A stretch of 64,000 nucleotides of DNA from Hypanus sabinus (Eukaryota): positions 25,606,001 to 25,670,000 of the forward strand of contig NC_082716.1 of the NCBI RefSeq assembly GCF_030144855.1, read 5' to 3'. Of the stretch, positions 11,701 to 23,454 are shown in pieces. The notes under the pieces were generated by a model, which was not told where the DNA came from, did no database searches, and saw only the letters and a program-made list of their open reading frames with translations. The position numbers were made by a program, and so were the translations under genes. Each line of letters opens with the position of its first letter. The stretch's first letter is position 1.

Positions 11701-12328
11701 CGCTGATTAAAAATACTTGTCAGCTGAGGGACACTTGAGACCAGGTCTAAAGCACTGAGACCATGAAGTAAGTGAAGCAAATGCATTACTTTCCCACAAG
11801 AAGTGAAAGGGTAGTAAAATTGAAGGAATAGAGGGAGCTATTTGCCTCAAGCCTCCTGTGGCAATGATTAGATTATGATCATTATGTATCTGAATCTATT
11901 TACCCACTATAATACTTCATTCGCTTCAATTCACAAAAATACTTCTGTTGTACAGTAGTTTGGAAGTTTTCTAACTGATTCAATAATCATACCATTACTG
12001 CAGTGTGTCAAGCTGTGATTCTTGCAGCTGTTAGAGGCTGCAAGAGCCTTAAAGGTCACCCTTCATCTAATTCTTTATTCTTGAGACATGGGTGTCACTG
12101 TAAAGAAGGTACTTTTGGCCAGTCCAGTCTTCAACTGAGTGGCCTACAAATCCATATCACAAGGGAATTGAAAGCCAATTGCATTAGTGCTGCTTCAGAG
12201 ACCAGAAAAATGCCTTTTACATTCCTGAAGAACAAGATTTTAGATAAGTACATTATCACATACACTAAGCTGCAATGAAATTCCTTGTCTGCATAAAGCC
12301 TACAAATGTAAGGAGTATGCATGATAAT

Positions 12329-12569
12329 TGTGTATTTAATATTCAACTAATACTTGAATAATCTTATATATATGTTGATAAAGCATTTTTGTTCACTTAA
12401 ATAATTCATTACGGGTTATGTGTATAGATAAATGATTTGCATTTGTCGTCATGCTAACATGTGATATGTGCATGCCTTGCTTAAAGGGAACTTGAAGTCA
12501 GACCCACATTTTGGAATCTCATGTCTTCATTTGAATTAGTCTAATGTTCTGTAGGTTTAAAACATAATA
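12329..12569 (+). mobile_element. Possible solo LTR (degraded)
   Basis: About 240 bp bounded by tgtgt.../...acataata, with near-identical flanks ataat/ataaa; no internal coding sequence. Confidence 0.3.
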
Positions 12570-12589
12570 ATAAATACAACAATAATGTG

Positions 12590-13535
12590 GTAATGTGGTA
12601 AATTGTATCAGCAAATTTGCTGATGATACAAAGGTTGGAGGTGTAGTGAACAGTGAGGAAGGTTTTCAAAGCTTGCAGAGCGATTTGGACCAGCTGGAAA
12701 AATGGGCTGACAAATTGCAGATGGAGTTTAATGCAGACAAGTGTGAGGTATTGAACTTTGGAAGGACAAACCAAGGTAGGACATACAAGGTAAATGGTAG
12801 GACACTGAGGAGTGCAGTAGAACAGAGGGATCTGGGAATATAGATACATAATTCCCTAGAAGTGGCATCACAGGTAGATAGGGTCATAAAGAGAGCTTTT
12901 GGCACACTGGCCTTTATAATTCAAAGTATTAAGGATAAGAGTTGGAATGTTATTGTGAGGTTGTATAACACATTGGTGAGGCTGAATTTGGAGTATTGTG
13001 TGCAGTTTTGGTTACCTACTTACAGGAAGGATATTAATAAGGTGGAAAGAGTGCAGAGAAGGTTTACAAGAATGTTGCTGGTACTTGAGAAACTGAGTTA
13101 CAGAGAAAGGTTGAATTGCTTAGGACTTTATTCCCTGCAGCGTAGAAGAATGAGGGGAGATTTGATAGAGTTGTATAAAATTATGATGGGTATAGATAGA
13201 GTGAATGCAAGCAGGCTTTTTCCACTGAGGTTAGAGGAGAAAAAACACAGAGGACATGGGTTAAGGGTGAAGGGGTAAAAGTTTAAAGGGAACATTAGGG
13301 GGAGCTTCTTTACACAGAGAGTGGTGGGAGTGTGGAATGAGCTGCCAGTTGAAGTGGTAAATGCGGGCTCACTTTTAACATTTGAGAAAAACCTGGACAG
13401 GTGTATGGATAAGAGGTGTATGGAGGGATATGGGCCAGGTGCAGGTCAGTGGGACTATACAGAAAAATGGTTCAGCACAGCTAAAAAGGGCCAAAAGGTC
13501 CTTTTCTGTGCTGTAATGTTCTATGGTTCTATAGC
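12590..13535 (+). mobile_element. CR1 LINE, 5'-truncated
   Basis: ISKFADDTKVGG, QMEFNADKCEV, LVRLNLEYCVQFW and RRRMRGDLIE motifs; tail gttctatggttctat. Confidence 0.95.
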
Positions 13536-13709
13536 TCTAATAAATACGATGAAGAGTGAAGGTGCAAGTACTGAAGTGGAATCTGAAGTAGTACTAAAAG
13601 AATACTAAGCTGACAATAACAGAATAACAGAGAGAAAGAGAATGTGACGGCACCACTGGGAAAGGGTGAATAAGAGGTAATTAGTTCAGAAATCTGTTGG
13701 CAGTGAGGA

Positions 13710-14032
13710 ATGGCAGCATAATAGTTAGTGCAATATCTTACTGCACCAGAAATCAGGTTTCAATTCCCTCTGCTGTTTGTAAGGAGTTTGTATATTCTCC
13801 TTAGGATCATGTGGGCTCCCTCTGGGTGCTCCCACTTCCTCCCTCATTCCTAAGAGTTAGTGAGTTGTGGGCATGATATGTTGATGTTGGAAGCATGGAG
13901 ACACTTGTGGGCTGCCCCCAGCACAGCCTCAGACTGTGTTGGTCATTGATGCAAAAGACACATTTCACCATACGTCTCAATGTTTTGAGGTATATGTGAC
14001 AAATGAAGCTAATCTTTATCTTTACCTTAAAC
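13710..14032 (+). mobile_element. tRNA-derived V-SINE with Rex1-type 3' tail
   Basis: B-box-like ggtttcaattcc; V-domain tgtaaggagtttgtatattctcc; tail gtatatgtgacaaatgaagctaatctttatc resembles the Rex1 3' ends in this window. Confidence 0.7.
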
Positions 14033-14039
14033 TTCATTC

Positions 14040-14870
14040 TCTGTTTTCATCACTCTCTGCAGGTTCAGTTGGCTAAATGTGAATCGTTACCATACCAGAC
14101 TCTGACGTAGTCTGTCACAATACTCTCTATAGCGCATCTGCAGAAGTTCAAGAGAATCTTCGTATACATGCCAAATCTTCTGAGATGCCCAAGAAAATAG
14201 ATATGCAGAAATGCTCTCTTGATCACTGCATCTGTGTGAAAGCTCCACGTGAGGATGCTGGTGATGGAGATGCCAAGGATCTTCAAGCTGTTGACCATCT
14301 CTACAGAAGCGCCATTGGTGAGGACAAGGATATGTTCATTCCATGCTTCCTCAATCAATCTCTTTTGTCTTGCTGACGTTAAGAGCTAGGTTGTTTCTTT
14401 GATTCAAAGGCACAACGTTCTTGACTTCATTCCTGTACCCTCTGTGGTGAACTACATATACCCAACTGGACATGCCTCCCCACTGACTGCTCCTGTGGCT
14501 CCTCCCACAGACCCCTGTATAAAACTGATCAAGGCTGAGCCCGGCCTCTCAGTCTCCAGGATGTAGTATGGTGGTCACTCACTGCTTGTTCCTTCTTCCA
14601 GTCAATAAAAGCTGATATCTCGCCTTTACATCTCAGAGTGAGTTATTGATGTGCATCACTCTCCTCAACATTGTTCTTGATGTGGATGGTAATATTGGCA
14701 AACTTAAAGACCGAGTTGTCATATAGTCAAAGGTTAGCGATTAGCGATTAGCAGAGGGAACTGAGCATCTAGGCCTGAGAAGCACTCTTGTTGGTGGTCA
14801 GGGTGGGTGAAATGTTATGACCAATTCTAAATGACTGAGGTACGCCTGTCAAGAAGTTTTAAAGACAATC
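14040..14870 (-). mobile_element. Old Rex1/Babar-like LINE fragment, interrupted by a solo LTR
   Basis: LKILGISITSILTW, FCRCAIESIVTDYVRVWYGN. Confidence 0.75.
14443..14658 (+). mobile_element. Solo LTR (216 bp)
   Basis: TG...CA termini; TATAAAA near 14518; AATAAA at 14604-14609; 5-bp flanking direct repeat ccctc/ctctc (1 mismatch); cleanly interrupts a Rex1 fragment. Confidence 0.7.
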
Positions 14871-16124
14871 TAGTAACTTCAGTTTTTTTTATTCCATATG
14901 TATTTAATGTATACATTTATATAATTCCCTTGTTTTCAGGTTTGAAATAGCTAATGATTTGAACTCAATTTCTGAAATAATAGTTCTGGCTACTGAATCT
15001 GCTGGACATCAACTGAATGCTACTGAATTCTACCATACCTGCTGAGGGACATAACCATTGAAGATACCCATTCTGGTCACAGCGCTGAACTTGGAACATT
15101 TCAGACCCTATGTTTCATTGGTGATTCCAAAGGACTTGTGCAGAGCAAATCTAGCAACCCAAATCCAAGTAACACTATACAAATCCCCCAAATCTATTGT
15201 AGGCTTTGCACTGATGTAAATGACTCAGGTAGGTAATTAAGTACAGCCAGTAATTTCTATTTGTAAACAGACCTTGCCAGCTGAGAATTCCTAAGCACTG
15301 CAGCCAAGGAAGTAAATTCCAGCCAAAAATGCCAGCTGTAGCAATGTCTGTTCCTAAGAAAACAGGAGAGATTAAAATGCTAAAATGCTGCCACAGGGAA
15401 CCGACCTTCACACTGTTATCATTTCCCCATGTTCGGTGGTCACTCAACATAAAAGGAATATTTTAACATTATCACTGGGCTTCACTCTCATCACTGTCAA
15501 TGTTTTCACTGAAACGTAAAGCACTCCAAGCCATGTCCTGATTAAGGTCTCGGTTGATTAAAATCCTGTTCTGTAAGCAGAAGGTGTAACTGCATAGGGT
15601 AGTTGAGTTTCGCAGAGGTGCTGTAACTGTATGGGACAGCAGAAGTTTCACTGATGCTCTGTAATTATACAAAACAGCAGTAGTGTCACTGCATTGCTGG
15701 ATTCGGTATGCCAAAAAACAAAGAATGCCTATTCCTTCTGCACAGTTTTCTTTAAGAACTGTTGCCATGAGCACAGGTTGTCATCTGCTTTTCCTAATTG
15801 TAGCAATTGCATACAATTTAAATATCTCCATTCAAACAGAACATTCTTTGCACAGATCCAATCCTGGCAGATCGACATCTAGGCAATTTAGTCCTCCAGC
15901 TTTGTATCTATCATCATTAAATAGTTGGCAGAAAGAGCTTATTACATGGTCCAGCTCTTTTGTGTGTGTTAGAATTTCTTTAAGTTTGTGCTTGTGCACG
16001 CAAATGTATAACGAGGTTTCCTCTGAAAATAACTTAAATCTTTATGCAATTAGTTTATAACTACATGTGAACTTGCCTAACAATATTTCCTAAATGTCAC
16101 TACTCACTAATGAAATGAGGAAAA

Positions 16125-16700
16125 TCCTGAAATAGATTGGGAGATTGCTGCATTGAACACCTCCACTCTGTCCACTCTACCAGCCAGGATCACTCGATGA
16201 CCAGCCATTTTAGTTCCACCACCCATTCCCACAACAGCATGTTGGTCCATGTCTGCTGAATTGAGCACAGAGTAGAGAAAAAACACCTAATATTCTCCAA
16301 CTTGACAGCATGAATGTTTTTTTTTGTCTTGTTCCCACTAGCCCCAACCTCCCTATCTCTTTCCCCTCTTCCTTCCTCTTCCTCTTCATTTGCCCATCAT
16401 CCATCCATTCACTCTTTCTCCTCTCTAATTCTTACCCTTTATTCTCTGGTACACCATCCTCCCTATCAGATTCTACCTTTTGCCATTTCCACCAATCACC
16501 TTCCAGCTTTTTACATCAGTCCCACTCTGCCCCTCCTTTCTCTACCTATCACCCACTTCACCTGGAATCAGTTGTCACCTGCCAGCACTAGCTCCACTTC
16601 TCCCCCCATCTTTTTATACTGGCAATCTTCTCTCTTTCTTTTCGGCCCTGATGAAAGGTTGTGAACAAAAATGTTGATTTATCATTTCCCTCAATAGACG
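16125..16700 (+). mobile_element. Neptune-like Penelope 3' fragment (GIY-YIG remnant, CT-rich tract, degenerate hammerhead)
   Basis: agattgggagattgctgcattgaacacctccactctgtc (RLGD..IEHLHSV) and ccagccattttagttcc (SHFSS); then a pyrimidine tract and cctgatgaaagg near 16648. Confidence 0.65.
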
Positions 16701-16914
16701 ATGGTCGGAGGTGTTACTATGTTGCTGTATCCCGTTTTCTTGGTCTACAATTACAATAAAGTGACTATCTACAAATGATCCAATAAACAGAAGTCTGGAA
16801 GGATTCAGTCAAGCAACAATGTGGAGCAAAAGGTGCATGCAGAAAATTTTGTTTGAGATCCTGCATCAAAAAATGACAGGAAAGAGGAAAGACTGTTGAC
16901 TTATTTTTAGGTTA

Positions 16915-17145
16915 TATATTTTATTTTGAGATTCAGCACAGTAACAATTTCTTCTGCACAACGAACCCATGCAGCCAATTACACCCATATGACCAATTAG
17001 GATACTAACCTGTATGTCTTTGGAATGGTGGGAGGAAATAAAAGCTACCACAGAAAACCCCTGAGGTCATGGGGAGAACATACAAACTCCTTAAAGACAG
17101 CAGCAGTAATGAATCTGGGTCACTATTGATGTAATAGCATTATGT
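16915..17145 (-). mobile_element. tRNA-derived V-SINE (HE1-like)
   Basis: V-domain aaggagtttgtatgttctccccatgacc on minus; CR1-like tail; A-rich end. Confidence 0.7.
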
Positions 17146-17509
17146 GAACTGTTATGTTCCTGTGGCACTCCAATGTTTAACAGAATGAGTGGGGGAGAGG
17201 GTATGATATAGAGACAGATAGGTAAAAGGCAGAAGCAGAAGGAGAGGGGGATGATGTTAGATGATATCAGGATAGAGTTTCTGTAGATGAAGAACTCCAA
17301 GGGTGTGTGGGTTTCCTGAGAATTGAAAAGTCAATGATCCTACCATTGTGTTGTAAGCATATGCATTGCCTACTCAATAACTACTGCCAGCTCCAACATC
17401 ATCCAACCACCAATCACATCATCCTCTCTTCCCCCTTTCTCCTTTCTGCGTTCACAATGAATTTCACAATGCATGTCAGTAATAATAAATTGAATTCAGA
17501 TTCTGATTC

Positions 17510-17910
17510 CACACCTACCATCTCTTCATGACTCCCTGGTGCATTCATCCCACTCCACTTACCCCTTCCAGCCCCCCTGTACCTTCCCTTGCAAAGGATG
17601 CAAAACGACTGTCCCTTCATTTCCTCCCACAGCACCTTCCAGGAATCTAAACAGCCCTTGGAAGAGAGACAGAAGTTCAGATGCATCACTTCCAACCTGG
17701 TCTTTTGTAATCAGCCTTGTCTGCACTGGTGGAACTATGTGTGTGGACTAGGTGACAATTTCATGGAGTGTTGTATTCTGCCACAAAAGCCACATTAAAT
17801 ACCAAGTTGAGTGTCATTTTAACTCTCAATCTCACTCCCACACTGATCTTTCTGACAGCCAAATGCAAAATGGAATATTCTGATGTTCTGCTTGTATAGC
17901 CTGCAACCCA
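17510..17910 (+). mobile_element. Neptune-like Penelope endonuclease fragment
   Basis: TFPCK..DCPFISSHSTFQESKQPLEERQKFRCITSNLVFC..LGDNFME is a degraded Cys-rich linker plus GIY-YIG start typical of Neptune-clade PLEs. Confidence 0.65.
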
Positions 17911-18448
17911 GTTCACCAGTCTCAAAACCTTGGTGCTCTTCTCCCACATGAGTGTCCACCTAGTATTCTACCCTTCCTGTCCCAACTGGTCACTGCCTCA
18001 TTCCATTTGCCCATCATCCCCTCCCTATCCGGTCCACCAGCCTTAATTATGCCTCCATCCCACACGTCCCCCTACTCGAATCTTCCATTGACCCTCTCAG
18101 GTCTCAGTGTGAAATGGTGCTGTTAGATTCTGATGCTTTTATGATCCAAAGGTTCTTCTGAAGTTAAGAATAAGGCATAAAACTTATCCCTTACAGCTGT
18201 TTTATTAAGTGTCACAGTAGCAAAGAATGAACAAAAAATCTGAGCTGAGAGTACAGGGCAAGCACAAAAGTCATCTCGTACTCAGACCAGGGATACCCAA
18301 AATTCCAGTGTTAACAATTAACCTATAAAATAGCCAGATTCAAGTGTCGTGACACCTGCTACTGAAAACTAAGATGTTTCTAGAAAAAAATACAGAAGCA
18401 ACTGCACAGTAATTACTGGGAAATTCACTGAACAATTCCTTGTATATG

Positions 18449-18547
18449 CACTGATGAAGGGCCTCAGTCCAAAACATCAACTGTTTACTCTTTTCCATAG
18501 ATACTGCCTGGCTTGCTGAGTTCCTCCAGCATTTTGTGTGTGTTACA
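18449..18547 (+). mobile_element. Short Penelope-derived hammerhead repeat
   Basis: ctgatga agggcctcagtcc aaaa catc aactg (18451-18483) plus the shared tail. Confidence 0.7.
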
Positions 18548-19139
18548 TGCATATAGGAGATTATATAAAAATGCAAACAAGCATTGGAAAATTAAGCTAC
18601 AAGTAAAATAACAATTCCACACTCTAATCCAACACTGACTGGAACATTTACCTCCAAGATACTGAGTTCTTCTGGTGTTCTGTTTCTCTGATCCGAATTC
18701 CCAATCTGTTATTTTTTTTCTACATACACAATAGGAAGTGTACAATACAACACAGTAGGCCAGCTGAGTTAAATATTCAGGAATAGACAATGGTCAGCTT
18801 GTGTTCATATATTTGCCAGGCTATGTCACAGTATATTAATACTTCCTGTGTCCTTTTTAGACATCGTGCTGACTTCTGCTGGGTATTAGCAGCTGGTTCA
18901 GGCTTCAGGGCTTTCTGCTTTCTCAACTTAAGAGCGCAGCAAGGCACAGACATGGCTCTGAACTTGGCCTGATTAAGATGACTGTGGGGAGGGGGAAGGG
19001 GGGGGGTAGAAATTCAGGAGTCTTGCATAGACACTGTCCCTTTTTGAACAACTTGCTAGTCATCATTGCAAGACTGGACAGGTTAAAATAGGGTGACAAG
19101 AAGCTAGCTGCAGAATCGAGCGGTAGTCAGAAGTTGTGT

Positions 19140-19395
19140 AGAGAAAGCAGGGTGCATTTTAGGAACAGCTTCTCCCTCACTGTCATCAGATTTCTGAATA
19201 AACAATAAACCAACCCATAAGCACGATCTTACTATGTTTGCTCTCTACTTGTGCTGCTTGTGTTATAAACGGTGTATGTTTATTTCTCATTGTGATTCAT
19301 AGTTTTTATGTTTTGCACCGTACTGCCACTGAAAAACAACAGATTTCACAACAGGTCACAACATATGTCAGTGATAATAAACCTGATTCTGAATT
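19140..19395 (+). mobile_element. Rex1/Babar-like LINE 3' end
   Basis: aacagcttctccctcactgtcatcagatttctgaa (NSFS..VIRFLN) and terminal gtcagtgataataaacctgattctga. Confidence 0.75.
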
Positions 19396-19876
19396 CTATA
19401 ACAGGGAGAGTGGAAGCTGGATGCTGACTTTCAGCCATGTATCCACCAATTCCTCAGTGAAATTTCCAACTTACCATGCACTTGTATGTGTGCTGAGAGT
19501 TTTCTCCTCCACCAGTTTCTGTTTGATCTTATTCCATCACACAGTGTTTGGGATTAGTTAATTCTGAGCCCTATCTGGGGTGCTTCGTCTCCAGTGATTC
19601 CTTCCCAGCTTCACTCTGTGGTGCAGCAGCCTCACCGCTTGCTGCCTGAATTTGCTCTGTGTGGTCATTACCTCCACCAGTTCCTTCTTCCATCTGTTCA
19701 GACTACCAAGTGCAGGTCCCACAAACTGACCTGTTTCCAGTCGATTGTCCACTGTGGACTCTGCTTCCTGTATGGACATTGACTGACGGTTGCAGGTGAC
19801 TTTGCCGAGTGAACTATTTCCTCACTGTCTTTGAAGACGGCTGTCAATGTATTGACAATTGTCAGTTGTAAGAACT

Positions 19877-20015
19877 CAGTCCTGGTGAAGAGTATTGACC
19901 TGAAACATCGACTGTTTATTCCTCTCCATAGATGCTGCATGACCTGCTGAATTCTTTCAGCTTTTTGTGTGCGTTACTTTGGATTTTCAGCATTTGTAGA
20001 ATCTCTTATTTTTAT
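19877..20015 (+). mobile_element. Short Penelope-derived hammerhead repeat
   Basis: cagtc ctggtga agagtattgacct gaaa catc gactg (19877-19914) with intact stem I, plus the full shared tail. Confidence 0.75.
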
Positions 20016-21270
20016 GTCAATGTATTGTAGCTGGATGAGGAATTCTCGCCTATGAAGCAGGAAAGACATTATTCAATTAATACCACAAGACTGCATTTGC
20101 AATAAAAATTAAGAAACACTTCAAACATCAGATAGATGATGAACATTATGACAGTGTGCATATTAAGTGAGTTATGGAATATTTATAAAGAGATTTTGAC
20201 AAAATTATTAATGATTTTACAAAAGAATACAGGCAAACTGGAGTATTATGCACACTTCAGTGAATTAACTGATTGCATGCTGCCAGTAGGGAGCCCACTT
20301 GAAAACAGCAAGAAACAGAGAATAGGTTTTATGGTGATGTGGTCCCTGGCCCTTCCACTCAGCCCTCGAGCCTGACTCCCTGCCTTGAATATGGGTTCAA
20401 TAAATTTACCTACTGCTTCCAATTACATTCACTGTATGGGGAGATTGTTCAGGAAAAAAAAAACACTATATTTTGTACTAATCAACAGCTGGACATCTGG
20501 AAATAAACCTAATTTTTGAAACAGTTTAAACAAATGAGTTATCATTTCTTCAGGGCACAGAAGTGCTTTGTAAACACATAAGAGGATCTTCTGTGCTTTC
20601 CTGGACCTGTGAGAATTGAATTCAACTTTCTCCCCTTGCCCAGTTGCTTCACTGTTCCCAACAGATCTGCGTTGTTCTTCAAAAATGCGGCTACACTTTT
20701 AGAGATCACGCTCTATCCATCTGTTCATTTTTCCTGATATTGACAGTGTAGAATTCCTCCCATGGAAATATTTCTGATTTTTTAAAATAAACTCTTTGAA
20801 TAGAATGGATTATTTTAACAAACGGTTGTCTTCACTATGCACATGACTGTTAATTTCAGCTTGATCATCCTTTAGCATGGTATAAAGCAAAAACTAAACA
20901 TAAAGACCAGTTAACCCCCAGTGTATCTGTTGAAAGAGGTATGGGATACTTGCCCTGTGTGGTTTAACTACACTGAGTTGGTGGCAAGAAGTCTAACATG
21001 ATTTGCCTCTGTTAAGACAAAAAGCAATTGCCGATTTAAAAAATGTATCAAGTGTTATTTTCAATGAAAATTACTTGCCCTTGATGTTGCTTCCCCTTTA
21101 GGTTAATTGATTTAGTCTGTCTAATGCTTTGCTTCAAACAATGTTTTTATGTTAAAGCATAGCTTTTTCTGAAATTAAATCCATTTCAGAATACTCAACA
21201 AAGTATTAGAAGTAAATAATGAAGATTAGCACTGAGTATGTTATTTTCAACAATTATCTACAATTGGATT

Positions 21271-21472
21271 GGCCGATGGTACAGTGGCATCAGCAAAGGA
21301 CTGCGAGGTAGATGGTCCTGAGTTTAAATCCGGCTAGGTTAGCAGCAGTATCTGTACGGAAGAAAGGCCTGGCAATCTACTTCCATATCTTGCCACGAAA
21401 TCCCTATGGACAACTATCCACAGGACAATCATCCAAGAGTTGATGATGGCTTGATGGCACTCAACTACAACA
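21271..21472 (+). mobile_element. tRNA-headed RTE-dependent SINE (AfroSINE-like architecture)
   Basis: A-box-like ggccgatggtacagtgg; B-box-like gagtttaaatcc; RTE 5' motif gaaaggcctggcaatctacttcc...ccctatgga; RTE 3' end ccaagagttgatgatggcttgatggcact with caactacaaca tail. Confidence 0.7.
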
Positions 21473-21514
21473 TGTTATCATTCATGAGAATATATAGATA
21501 GAAAAGAAAAACAA

Positions 21515-21830
21515 TTAAAGATCAGCTTTATTTGTCACCTGTACATTGAAACACCAAAACATCACTTGCAACATCAATGACCAACATAGTCAATGGTTGT
21601 GCTGGGAGAAGCCCGCAAGTGTAACCACACCTTCAGCACCAGCATAACGTGCTTATAATTTTCTAATCCTGACCATATGACTTTGGAATGTGGGACAAAA
21701 CTAGAGCACCGGAAGGAAACCTACAAGGTCTGGGGAGAATGTACAAACTCCTTACAAACAGCAGCAAGAATTGAACACTGATCTTCTGATTGCTGGCACT
21801 GTTAGATGATACACTAATCATACTCTATTG
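21515..21830 (-). mobile_element. tRNA-derived V-SINE with Rex1-type tail
   Basis: Reverse-complement relative of 13710-14032 (tgtaaggagtttgtacattctcccc; gtgacaaataaagctgatcttt). Confidence 0.7.
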
Positions 21831-21919
21831 TGTCATACCAGAGAGAAGCTACAATAATTACTATTAAAATGTATTGGTATTAGTAACAGCTTATTTACAG
21901 AATGGTACAGTACATACCA

Positions 21920-22400
21920 GGTGCCAATGTCTCTCTGGGGGAAAAGAGGGAATGACAAGGATGGAAGCCCAGACAGGGTCGATAGAGGCGAGGGTTTCTT
22001 GCATGAAGGACTGGGCTACATTTGCAACTCTGTAATTTGTTGGAGTCTTGGGCAGAGCAGTTGCCATACCAATCTGTAATGCACCTGGATAGGATGCTCT
22101 CTACAATGTGTCTGTAAAAATAGGAAAAAGTTGTCAAGGACGTGCTGAATTTTCTTGGCCTTCTGATGAAGTAGAGGCAGGATGTGCTTTCTTGGCTACA
22201 GTGTTCATCGTATGGTGGCTAGTTCAGGACAAATTGTTAGTGATACATATACCTCGGACTTTGAAACTCTCAACCATCTCCATCTCTGGATTATTGATAC
22301 AGACAGGGACGCATATTCTATCTGTTACCTAAATTCAACAACCAGCTCCTTCATTTTGCTGATATTGATGGAAACATTATTGTCTTAACACTATGCTACC
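21920..22400 (-). mobile_element. Rex1/Babar-like LINE fragment
   Basis: FYRHIVESILSRCITDWYGNCSAQD. Confidence 0.8.
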
Positions 22401-22714
22401 AGGCATCAGTGGAAAGGTATGGATAATGGTTGGGCCAGGAGCTAAGGTGGTGGGAAGGATTGGTGCTGATGGTCGATCTGGAGGTTAGAGTGGGGGAAAT
22501 TTGGCTTCAGAGCTGTAACTGGCTTTAGTGTGGTAGCTTGGGATTCATGAACTAGGAAGGGGGATGTGGGAACAAAGAGTTGAGAGGTTGAAGGGAGAGT
22601 TGCCATGAATAGTAAATAACCAATCTGACAAAGAGCTACTTCACTGGACACCAAGGTTGGGACCTGACCAGGCTAATTCCTTTAAATTGGGTCAAAGAAA
22701 GCACCGTAAAGGGT

Positions 22715-23440
22715 GTAAAGACCTAGGAGCAGAATTAGGCCATTCAGCCCATTGAGTCTGCTCCGCCATTTCATCATGGCTAACTTATTATACTTCTCAT
22801 CTCCATTCTCCTACCTTCTCCCTGTAACCTTGGTGACATTACTAATCTAGAACCTATCAACCTTTGCTTTAAGTATGCCTGATCACTTGGCCCCTAGAGC
22901 TGTCTGTGTCAATAAATTCAGCAGTTTCACCACGCTCTGATTCAAGAAATTCCTCCTCACCTCTGTTTAAAGGGAAGTTCTTGAGATCCCACCTCTTTCC
23001 TCCGAACTCCAGCAAGTACAGGCCCAGGGCCATCAAATGCTCATCATTCATTCCCAGAGTCATTCTTCTGAACTCCTCTGCACTCCCTCCAATGCCAGCT
23101 CATCTTTTCTTTAATAAGGAACCCAAAAATGCTTACAATTCTCAAAATGCAGTCTGACCAATGCCTTATAAATCCTCAGCACTTCTTAGTGTCTATTATA
23201 TTCTAGTCCTCTTGAAATGAATGCAAACATTTCATTTGCCTTCCATGCCACTGACTAAACCTGCAAGCTAACCTTCAGAGAATCCTGCATGAAGACTCCC
23301 AGGTCCCTTTGCAAATCTTTTTTAAAAATTGCTCCCTGTTTATAAAGTAGTCTATGCCTTTACTCCTACCAAAATGCATGACTGTACAGTTGTCTACACA
23401 ATATTCTATCTGCCATTTTTCCGCCCATTCATCTAATCTC
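22715..23440 (-). mobile_element. CR1 LINE 3' fragment
   Basis: LMALGLYLLEF motif; CR1 3' UTR (reverse complement of aggagcagaattaggccattcagccc). Confidence 0.85.
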
Positions 23441-23454
23441 CTTCCTTAGCAAAG

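Noticed and set aside
15175-15230. Ig-like motif HQCKAYNRFG on minus
   Set aside because: Lacks the preceding DxGxY, is immediately followed by a stop and has no splice context; probably chance.
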